This document shows positions 1 through 11,400 of a stretch of 64,000 nt of DNA, piece by piece; position 1 is the first letter of the stretch; the number at the start of each line of letters is the position of its first letter. The DNA comes from Thalia democratica (taxonomy: Eukaryota): NCBI GenBank assembly GCA_965202585.1, contig OZ241827.1, forward strand, positions 55,180,001 through 55,244,000, given 5' to 3'. The notes under the pieces were generated by a model, which searched no databases, was not told where the DNA came from, and worked only from the letters and a program-made list of their open reading frames with translations. Both the position numbers and the translations under genes were made by a program.

Positions 1-115
1 AATTTGTAGCTGCATAACTATACTGTATAAACATACTATGCACAAATTTTAAAAAGATAGTTTTTATATTCGTTTTGTTTTGTATTTTCTAAAAGTGTTG
101 CTAATTCCATTACAG

Positions 116-1053
116 ATTTTTAGTAAAATTACAACCAACAAAACACCAGTTATTTACAAAGGTTATCAAAATGGAAAAAGGGTAAGCTTTTGTCATTAAC
201 CTCATATACTTTAAGAGCTTATTTGGTTGTGAAACAATTTTTCTGTAAACTTTTGTTAGTTTTTGTAATGTCTTGTAGCCCACTGGTGGAATATCTTAAA
301 ATTTGGGAACTTACTTTATGATATTTTGATTTTGATCCCTATCATATTAAACTTAGAGTTAACTTAAAAGTTAGTAATTTCAACAATAAACATTTAAGTT
401 CTGTCTCTAAATGTGTACTATATTAAAATGTAGTTTAACTACAGACTATTTTGAAAAAAAATATTTTTGTCGGATTTAAGTTTTTTTACCATTAAAGTTT
501 GGTAAAATTATATATTTTTATCATACTCAAAATCTGTTTAAATTATTTGTATTTTTAGGATTTAGTTTTGCTGAGGCTAGTACAAAGTTTGTAACAATGA
601 CCATCTTAAAGTAATTTTTATTTGTTTTAAAGTCATTAAAATGCTTTTCTCTTTCTGGATCCAATAAAATTGTATTTATTTATTGATAATATCTTTTAAA
701 GCTATGAAGTATATTACAGTAAAACTTTTTTTTTACTGTTTGCTTCACCTTAGAAATTAATTCTTATTTAATAAAAAAGGTTGAAAGTTTTTTTTATATT
801 CATAACTTTGTAACCAAGTTATAATCTCAAGCATATTTGATTCGCTTTCTTATTCACCTAATTTCTCAATTTCAGTGTGAGTGAAGAGAAGCTTCACAAG
901 AAAGCGTCCAAGTTGATCGCTCAGCTGGTCGAGCAGAACGAGCTTGAAGAATTGGAGAACACCCTCCAAGACCTCAACAACAATTGCAACAAGTACACCG
1001 GAATGAAGTTGCAATATTGGAAAATTTGCTCCCAGCTTCTAACGGTTGTCTAA
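116..1053 (+). CDS. 3' end of an unidentified protein-coding gene (last three exons)
   Basis: Exons 116-181, 566-610 and 876-1053 join in frame through GT-AG introns to give ...FLVKLQPTKHQLFTKVIKMEKGFAEASTKFVTMTILNVSEEKLHKKASKLIAQLVEQNELEELENTLQDLNNNCNKYTGMKLQYWKICSQLLTVV*. The terminal exon is GC-richer than its flanks, with AATAAA at about 1073. No family recognised; the two small exons are tentative. Confidence 0.55.
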
Positions 1054-1650
1054 TTTAATTTATGTATAGTTTAATAAAAAACATTATGAAATAACAGCAT
1101 TTAAATGATAGACTGTTTAATGAAATTAAAAAAAAAAGTTTCCAAGTATGTGATTTGTGTGACTTTACAGTTTTTTGTTTGGTAGTTTAGCCTACTTTTT
1201 AGAGTTTTTATAGCGTTGTTTTGAGAAATGCAAATTTTACTTAAGTAAAATACTAGTTTTGCATTATCTCCTCATCAGTAACTAATTTTGAATGATCACA
1301 TATTTTGAAAAAACACAAAAGTAGCTGTTCATATCAAAAAACCTTTTCTTCTGTAGTTATAAAATATATCTAGATACGTATTAACATTTTTTTCAAACTT
1401 AAACAAAAACTAAACTGATAAAAAGTTGTTTTTTAATTTACTGCCAGTTTTAACTCAAAAATTTTCATTACTCCAATTTCATATTAATTTATTATTTAGC
1501 AAATATTACATAAATTTGTACAATTCTAAACCAATCTATTTAGATATTAGGTTTATTAATCAAATTTTTGTTTGTTATGCATAACATTTTTAGCAGGAAA
1601 ATACAAAAATCAATATAAAACTATCAATCTTTATTAAGGTTCTAATTTAA

Positions 1651-2336
1651 GGGCATAGGGGGGGGGGGGTCAACCTTGATTTTTACAAGTTGGTCTTATT
1701 TTATAGAGTTTTATCTGAGCTATCAGACATTTTTATCGCTTAAAAAGTTCAAAGTAATTTTTGAGATATGAGCAATCAAAGTCAGTTACCTCTATAGGTT
1801 ACTAATAGAAGGCACAAACTAAAATCGCGAAAAAAGACCATTTCATTAAAAATTTATCTTCTCCTTCATTTTTTAAGCAATCTTCTTCAAATTTTCACAG
1901 GAAGTGTATTATTAAATTTTAAAAAGATTGAATGCAGGAATTTTTTTAATTTTGAAAAATATTTTTTTTATAAAAAAAAAACTACTTAACTTTTTTGTAT
2001 ATTTTATCTAATTTTTTTTTTTTAATAATTTTTAAAATTTCAACATTCAAAGTGTTTTAAACTATAAAAGGAACGTTTCCTGAAAATTAGAGGTCTCTAG
2101 CTCAATAAATAAAGGAGAAGATAGATTTTTAGTGATTTTTTAAATTTCCGAGAAAATTGACCCCGAAAAATTTGCGGTCCATTTGTTTGTATTGGAAACT
2201 TTTTATAAAAATTACAATATCTCAAAAGTTCAATAAAATTTCAAGTTCTATAAAAACTGGCTTGCAGTTTGTACTTCAAGCTTTCATATAAGATCCAATT
2301 TTATTTTTAGTAAAAAATGTTGGACTTCCTATGCCC
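1651..2336 (+). mobile_element. Kolobok-type non-autonomous DNA transposon (MITE), copy 1
   Basis: TIR GGGCATAGG...CCTATGCCC flanked by TTAA at 1647-1650 and 2337-2340; 686 bp; collinear with the copies at 10765 and 53072. A TTAA TSD with GG...CC termini matches Kolobok rather than piggyBac (CC...GG). Confidence 0.8.
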
Positions 2337-2476
2337 TTAATGTTTTCTTAAGTTTAACCTAATTAATTACATTTTATACAAAATTTATTTCAGTACACTT
2401 AAGGTTTTTTGTATAAAGTAACTGAACATCCTTTATTTATATAGTTATATCTTTGTTTAGTGAAGCAAATGTAAAA

Positions 2477-5400
2477 ATGAGTACTGAATATAAGTTTTCA
2501 ATTCACGGTGTTCATCGTGATGTGCATAAAGTAGTTTTACTGTGCACAGAAGATTTTGTAAGGTGAAAAATTATTTTATAAATGGCAATAATTTTTTTTT
2601 CAGAAAAATATAACTATAACAAAAATTAAATTTTTAAGCAAAATACTATTACGTCAAGCCATTTAAAAAAAGGTTGTTCTTAATAAAATATTATTTTTCT
2701 ATTCCAGTGTGCACAGGATTTACTGTGTGAGATTTCGAAGAGGTTGACAATCGCTACTTTAAGGCATTTAAAAATTTTATTATAACAATTTACAATAATT
2801 TATTTTAAATGTAATATTCCAATGAGTGTAGTAAAGTTTTTTTAAACGCCCAAGATTAATTTAAACCGCAACGATCAGGTTGAAATAAGCAAGTTGAAAG
2901 AAAAAGCAGCAGTGAAAGAAGAGAAAGTCAACGAAATACTTGATCTTACCAAAAGTATACCGTCCTATATCACCAATGATGAGTAAGTTCCATATCTGTT
3001 TTCAGTGTTGTTGCTTGAAGCTTGTATATATGCAAATTTAATTCTGTTTTTCAAAGCGAAACGTTCAAAACAAAAATGATTTAATATATGCAATATGCAT
3101 ATGTAAAGATTAAAATATTTTCACGCTCAATTATTAGTTTTTGTAAAAGCTTAATGCTGATTAAGTATGATCTTTTGCGAAACTACACTTTCAACACAAA
3201 AATAAGAATGCCAAAGGTTTATACCTGTTTGCGGTATTTTAATTGTTTTAAATTTTATTGTCTTACTATTTATTGTGGTTTTAAACTTAGTTTGATATAA
3301 TTAATTTTTTTTATTTAATTTTATTAGTGTTTAATAGCTTTTTTGCAGGTTTATAATCGTTTTCAATTTTTTTTTTAATAAGTTTACATTTTTTTATGTC
3401 TGTTGAAAAATATTTTTGTTTGCAACTATATGTTTTTAAAACTTTAAACTGTTATAACTGTTTTTGTCTTAGGTTTTATCTACTTCTCCTAATCATTAAT
3501 TTATTTTAAGGTATTTTTTTGTTCAACTTTGTTTAGACTCATAAAACAAAGTTAAAATTAAACTTCTAGTTTCAAATCTGTATGTCTGTTATTAACGATA
3601 TGAATTAAATTACTTTCAATTTTTCTAACAGTTTAAACTCTATCAAGTACGAAAAAAGTGCAAGTGAAATTTCAATAAAAAAGGAGTATGCTAAAGAAAG
3701 CTTTGTCAATGAAGAAAAAAATGTTCTTATTCCTACTGAGCCAAATATTATAGATAACATAAAAGTATTTTTATTTTTTAGATGATGTAGTTTTTTATAG
3801 TTCTTAAAAAAAAAAGGTTCAATAAAGTGTTGATTAAAATATTACACTTTGTTTTTCAGAATGAACTTTAACTGAAATTAGCTATTTTTTCTCTGTTTTT
3901 ATCTAAGTTTATAAAAAAGTGATTTTTACGTTTTGATATTAACTTTATGCATGAATTTGAATATAAAAAATTAACAGAGCGACGGCAAGCCTTCTCTCAA
4001 CTCTCTCAAAAATGAAAATAGGTGAGAAAAGCCATTTACAAATAGAAAACAAAACAATAGTTACTCTCATTTGTAAAAATAAACCGCATAATTGTTTATT
4101 AGACAGTCTTGTTTTTTTACTTATTTGAACATATTGGTTGTAGATAGTTAGTTTCAATTTGTTTTTAAAATAGTTTTTTGTCAAATTAGAAGTGAGTTTG
4201 AGCTGTAATTTGTTTTTCAAAATATTAAAATAAGAATGTAAATACAAAAATGAAAAGTTGTTCATTTTATTGCATTAATCAAGTGTATGTATATATATCA
4301 TTAGAACTTTGCTTTGACAATAGATGCAATAAGCATTAAAACAATTTTAAGGAATATCGAAAAAAGTATTCATACAAAAAATATTTTATTAAAACAGTGC
4401 TCATTAAAGAATTTGAAAATTATATATTTAAAAATCCAAAACAGTAGTTCAAAGACTCCGAAGCAAGGTTCGCTTGAAAGCAAGAAGAAGGCCGAAGAGT
4501 TGAACTTGCGAGCAAAGAAGCTGGCGTCTGAAGGCAGCATCCGGGAAGCTTACGACCTTTTTGTCCAGGCTAACAAACTTTTCCCCAACGAAAAGTTCAG
4601 AAAACGAATGGCCAAGCTTGAGGTTGTTTTTGTGTAATTATATAAATATTTGTGTTGGGTATAAAAAATTGCTCGATTTACTGTATAAAGAGCTTGTTTA
4701 AGTAATAATACAAATTAGCTAATTCTGTTGAATACTAATTTTCGGTGGGAAAAAATTCCGACCTTGTCAAATGTTTATCAATTAGTAAACTTACTAATTA
4801 AACTGTAGTTGTACTTAAAAATGTTACCTAATGTTGAGTTAGGTACTGTTTGAATTAGTTAATAGATTATTAATTAAGAATTGTTAGCTTCATTAGTAAG
4901 TTTACTATTTTAATTAAATTATTTTCTTAGGCTTTTACTTAGGTTGATTTTGTTTGGAGCAATGACTTAATTGTGTAATTTTTAACAATGTTTTGGTACT
5001 GTTTAAAAGCTTGCAATTATTTTAAAAGTATTTTTGGTTAGTTGTTTTAAGTCTTGGTTAATAATTATTTGAGGTAGTTTCGTGTGTTAGTCGTTGAATG
5101 TTTAATTTTAAACTTTTGTTAATAAAACTGGTATTTCAAAACTTCCGCAATAAATTTTATTTTTCAAATTTTTAATGTTTTTACTAGGATTATGAAGCTA
5201 GTTAGTAGAAATTTGCCACCCACCTCACTAAAATTTTGTTTGTTAATTTGTTTTATGTGTATCTGAAATTTTTTAAAGGGAAGTTTATTTTAAAATAAAT
5301 CACAGTTTATAGTTTTATAACTACTGAAGTACGCAGCCATTGTTTGTGTAGTTTAACAATCAGATGTCCAATAAACTTATACTTTCACGCAAGTAAACAC

Positions 5401-8400
5401 TTTTATTCGACTTGTTAAACCATTGTGTATGAGCAATTTTAGTTAGTATACTTTAAGACTTTTAATTTGATATAAAAAAAACTGAACAGAAGCAGTTTTC
5501 ACGCCACGTTCATCGGTGTTTAATTTCGTATTTAAAATAGCTGTAACAAAATGAAGAAGTGTTTGTACTAACTAAGAATCATTTAACCTAACAAATCACA
5601 AGTCTAAATCAATTCGAAATAATAAAATGTAGTGTACCTAGGTTACCAGCCGTTTAACAACTTGTTTCATGCAGTTTTGGCTGAATTGTAATTTTATATT
5701 GTAATATTTTTTATCTGAAATATTTTATATCGCCCGTGTACTATTCACTAACCCATTTGATTTTTTGTCGCATTACTATTTAACGCTACCTGATGGCCTG
5801 AATGGTTGACATTGCTCACTTTGGGAAACCCCCTGACTCGAGCAACCAGGAATACAACAATAATTTAACTAATCAAAAATACGAGCAAACTTGATATAAA
5901 TAAACACAGTACTAATAATAAAAATTCAAAATAATAAAAAATTAAGAAAAGGCATGTAACTAATTCGTTTCGCGCAGCCCCTGCTGGCCGAGCAGTCAGC
6001 CGAAGAGGAAGTTGAAAATTTTGACGACGCGAAGAGGGACGGCAGCGAACTGCAGATGAGCAGCAAGATCGTGTCGAAGTTGTACCAACACCAGTTTGTC
6101 GGCGTGCAGTGGCTGCACACGCTGTACAGGAAGAACATGAAGGGAGGCATACTGGCCGACGACATGGGGTATTTTGTTACAACTGTTTGATTTGATATAA
6201 TTTTTGTGTGCTAGAAAAAAATCCTTAATATAGAAAACGGTAAACTCTATGAGGTTAGGAATTAGAGTTTTTGATTAAATGTGATCGGTTTTTTTTTGTT
6301 TATAAATAGAAAATAGCTTTGTAGTTCACAATAAATATGTATCCTTTAAAATTTAGCTGTTAAGTGACAAATGATTTCAATCTGTAAATCTAATTTTGAA
6401 TTTACTTGAATAATTTCTATAGATTGGAGGTTAATCCTTCAGATTTTTATGCATAGGTACATGGTTTACCATTAAAAAACTACAGATATTATGATGTTAA
6501 AGTTTTAGGTCAAAACTAGCTTTTTTAGGTTGAGTGTTTTTTATTATACATAATTATATTAAAATTGTTTTAGTTAAAATCCAATTGGTATCTATACACA
6601 TAAAGTAGTCAATTTTAAGTTTGTTTCAAATTAAAAAACACATTAAACACTACAACAATTCTCTTTGCTGCTACAAATTCGTTTTAAATTTTAATTTGGC
6701 TGGGAAAAGCGGTGCAAAAATTATCGCTATGTTTTGAAAAAAGTTAAATTTAAAAAAGTTATTTTGTGAAATAACATTTATCATTATAGTTTTCCCTATG
6801 GTCCACCTAAACAATAAATTCTAACACAGGTTGGGAAAGACGGTGCAAATAGTGGCGTTCGTCTCGTCCATGATGCGGCAAGGAAAGATCAACCACGTTC
6901 TACTGGTGCTGCCCAAATCGCTGGTTTCTAATTGGCGGGAGGAGTTCGACAAGTGGGCGCCGGAAGTAGTCGTCATGCTGTACTGCAGCGGCACCGACGT
7001 TCAAATGAAAAATGTTCGTTGTTCGGATAGATGTTAACTTAGTTTTATTTTTAAACTGTTGTAGGAGCCTCTGTGCATAAATAAATTTGTCAAGAGAAGA
7101 TAGTCAACTTGTTTATCATTAATAAAATTAAAGTGTTCAAATGGAAATAGGAGATTCTTTAATAAATGTTATCAGTTGATTGTTAACTAGTATAACTTAT
7201 TTAACACTGTTTGATTAATCACTAAAAGTTAGTTTTACAATATGTCATCTTGCCAATAGAGCTTACTTGTTATTTATTAAATTTAATTAAGCCCTTAAAA
7301 TTCAAATTTCAATAACCGCATCATAGGTTTATTACATTAAGATTTTTCTTCTAGTCAAATTTTAATTACTTTATTTTAGCATCGTCTACTGCTCCATCTT
7401 ACTAATGTCCTAAAAAATCAAAAATCTAGTTGATAAAAAAAAACTAACTGTTCAAAGGCGCTGCGAAACGCCAAGAGGCAGCAGTCCGTCCTGGTCACCA
7501 CGTACGGCATCTGCCAGACGAGAGGGGAGTCGGTGCTGAGCCAGTTCAAGTGGGACTACACCGTCTTGGACGAGGGGCACCGCATCAAGAACCCGAGCAA
7601 GACCACCAGGGCCCTGCACAGCATACCTTCCCACAACAGGATCATTTTAACTGGTAGTTTTGTTCAACAATAATAATAATGTTACGCTTAAATTATCTAA
7701 TGATAACTATGTTTTGAAATGTATCAATTATTGTTTACAGCTATGATTTTTTTAATGTTGTGTTTTTACGAATCTCATGATAGGATCATTTTAACTGGTA
7801 ATTTTGTTGTTTTACAAATAAAAAACTATTACTTGCAGCTGTGATTTTATTTGAATAAGAAGACAATAAAACGTTGAATGTGTGTTTATTTGTTTTAATG
7901 ACATTTAACAACTAAAATTTAGCTGAGTTGACTTATAACTTTTTAAATTTCTGTTTACCATAAACTATTTATCACAGGTACACCTCTGCAAAACAAGTTA
8001 ATAGATTTGTGGTCGCTTCTCGACTACACGACTCAAGGAACCATACTCGGTTCAAAAAAGACTTTCATCAGTGAGTATCAGTGGCCCATTGAAAACGCCA
8101 GGAAACGAGTTTGTTTTGTTGATGTTTTATTTGAACGTATTTTGTGTTAACATTTTTTTCAAAAATTTCAAAATAAACTTGTTGTATTAAATGAAGATAA
8201 AATAATCAATATCCAGATTTTGACTTCCAAATACTGTTTTCATGCAAATTATTTTAAAGTATTCATGTTTCTATTTTACATTAACTTGTTCATTAAAAAT
8301 TTAGTTTAACAAAGGGTTGGTCATGCCAATTCGATCATCAGACCACAAGCTTTCGGTAGACTGAGACCGGTTTCGTCCATATTAGGACTACTCAGTTAGT

Positions 8401-11400
8401 CACAACCGAAAAACTTGCAGTCGTCAATCTACAAACGGTTTATGATGCTTTCACATAAGGCAATCATTTGCTGGCAATGATCAGTGACGTCAGCATTGTC
8501 TTTTGCCGTGCAACGTTTAAGACATAATTCACGCTCGTATGAAGTACGATCAACAAGAACATCAGCGAAAGTCTGTAGAGCAGAAGTCTGGACTTTTGTC
8601 TGCCGTGAGACAAGCTCAAGTTTAACAAAGGGTCGATCATGCTAATTCGTAATAAGGACGAAACCGGTCTCAGTCCACCGAAAGCTTGTGGTCTGATGAT
8701 CGAATTGGCATAATCAACTCTTTGTTAAACTTGAGCTTGTCTCACGGTAAACGAAAGTCCATACTTCTGCTCTGCAGACTTTCACCGATGTTGTTGTTGA
8801 TCGTTAAAAAATTAGTATGCTATAGTTTGGTATGACTCATATTGTTTGTAAAAATATTTCCACTGCAGTTTTTAACTTAAATAATTTTTCAGGGTGCAGG
8901 ACCGTCCACCATTTCGCATGGAAATTTCAAAGCGCAAAGTTTGTGGGAAGTTACGAACCCGTACATATTGAGAAGGACTAAGGTATTAAGTTAATTTGTT
9001 TTGCGTTAATATGATCAGAGATGCATTTGAAACTTTTACGGTAAAACTTAAAACTGTTCGTACAAAGATATAAACGCTGTTTAATTAGTGTAACACCGAT
9101 AAGCTCGATTATGAAAAGTTAAAAAAAAACAAAGTATATAGCTGATTTGTTTTAAGCAGTTTACAAAGGTGTACTTCAGTTATATTATCACACATACTAG
9201 CAAAATCCGTACTTTTATATTTTTTCTCAAAGGAATCAGTCACAAAAGAGTCTCTGCAAACCATGAAGGAAGACGGTAGTGGTGATGCGATCAAACACGC
9301 GCAATTCCCAACATTGAACAAAAAGAACGATCTCGTTTGCTGGGTTAGCACATTTTTTTGTTGGCTGTTTAAAATCAGTATAAAACAATAAGTTATAGAA
9401 CAAATATAGAAAACACATTCTTGTTGATGTTAGTATATATTTTTTAACTTGAAACAACTTATCATTAATCTGCTTGTCGTTAACTTGATGCATAAAATTA
9501 GCTAAGCTTTTTCTACAAATAAAATCATGTAATTAAAAGTACTCCATATTTTATTGAATTTAACACATAAAAAAAAACTTGGCTACTTTTGTAAAAATAA
9601 TCAAAGCAGCAAGTTCTATCTCATACTTGCAACTTCATTCTTGAAACAAAATCATATGCTCGTATTGCTCACAATTCTTTTTTTACAAACTTTGTAACAA
9701 GAAAATTACATCAAGAGAAAGTTATATTGCTTCTGAGCAGCTTTGACAAATTAGTGAAAACGTATTCGCAGTGCTACACGAGCGAAGTGCAGAAGAAGCT
9801 GTACACCGACTTCATGTCGCTGCCGCAAGTGCAGCAGTTGCTCAACAGCAAAAAGTCCCCTCTGGTGCAGCTGAACGTGCTGAAGAAGATATGCGACCAC
9901 CCGAGGCTGCTGAGCAAGAGGGCGTGCATTGAACTGGGGTTCATCAACGGGTGATTGTTTATAAATTTTTGTCGGGTTTTTGAAAATAGAAATAATTTAA
10001 ACATAGTTTTTGCACATATTGTGGACTTTGGAGTCGAAAACTACAGGGTTGCCAAAGAATCTGGAATCTTGAAAAAATTTGGAATTTGAAAATTTAGGCA
10101 AAAAAAGCCTGAAATTTTTAACAGTAATCATAACCTGGAAAAACTTAGATATTTAAACTTTTTTTACGTGTAAAGTAACGAAATATCTATTAGGTATGAA
10201 AAATCTATTATAAAGATTAAAAAATGTTTGAAAAAAAAAATTCATTCAAAAAACATTTATACAGTATCATAACAATGTTGTTATACTATTTGAAACAGTT
10301 TTTTAACTTAAGTTCAATTTTATACTAAGAATGGACCAAAAAACTTGTTTTTTAAAAACTCATAAATTCAAAAATCCTGAAAAACGTAACAAAAAACCTT
10401 TGGCAACCCTGAAACTATTACTAAGCATAATTATCTTTGGTTAGATTTATGAAATAACTACTTTATATAATTATAGATCCTAGTTGAAGAAATATTTTTG
10501 TAGTTTATGAACTAATAAGATTAAAAACTTGAAACATTTATAAATATATTCAGCATGGATTCATCTCTGGACGATTTTTTGTTTTAATTGTGTCCAGTTT
10601 TCAAAAATATAAGTAATTTGATATTTGTTGACGTTTATTTGAAATATGTTTGTTACACATATATGGGTCGAAAACAATTTATTTCCTAAACTGTGATCAT
10701 TTACAAAATTTGTAAACTATTTACTTTAATTTTCGTAATAAAGTAAGTTCTTATAATTTATTATGGGCATAGGGGGGGATCCACCTTGATTTTTACAAGT
10801 TGATCTTATTTCATAGAGTTTTATCTGAGCTATCAGACATTTTTAACCGCTTGAAAAAATTCAAAGTATTTTTTGATATATGAGCGATCAAAATCGGTGA
10901 CCTCAATAGGTTCCTAATAGGAGGCGCAAACTAAAAGTACGAAAAAAGACCATTTTACTAAAAACCTATCTCCTCCTTCATTTTTTAAGCATTCTTCTTC
11001 AAATTTTCACAGAAAGTGTATTATTAAATTTTAAAAAGATTGAATGAAGAATTCCTTTAATTAAAAAAAATTAAATTTTTATTAAAAAAACCACCTATTT
11101 TTTTGTTTTTTTAATCTAAATTTTTTTTTTTAATATTTTAAAAATTTCAACATTATAAGTCTTCTAAATTACAAAAGGAACGTTTCCTAAAAGTTTGAGG
11201 TCTCTAGCTCAAAAAATGAAGGAGAAGATAGGTTTTTAGTGATTTTTTAAATTTCCAAGAAAATTGACGTTGAAAAATTTGCGGTCCATACGTTTGAATC
11301 AGAAACTTTTTATAAAAATTACAATATCTCAAAAGTTAAATAAGATTTTTTAATTTTATAAAAACTGGCTGGTAGTTTGTACTTCAAGCTTTCATATAAG

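Noticed and set aside
1657-1669. Poly-G run as a functional G-quadruplex
   Set aside because: It is the variable-length G tract of the MITE terminus, shorter in the other two copies.
2762-2854. TAA reassignment or read-through making 2708-2982 one continuous exon
   Set aside because: The frame is continuous apart from two TAAs, but all four complete gene ends in the window use TAA as stop, and the intervening 90 nt has intron-like composition.
8676-8712. Second hammerhead built on the perfect CTGATGA at about 8693 (mirror at 8335-8341)
   Set aside because: A CCAC/GTGG hairpin precedes it, but no stem II plus GAAA follows in a register fitting type I, II or III topology.
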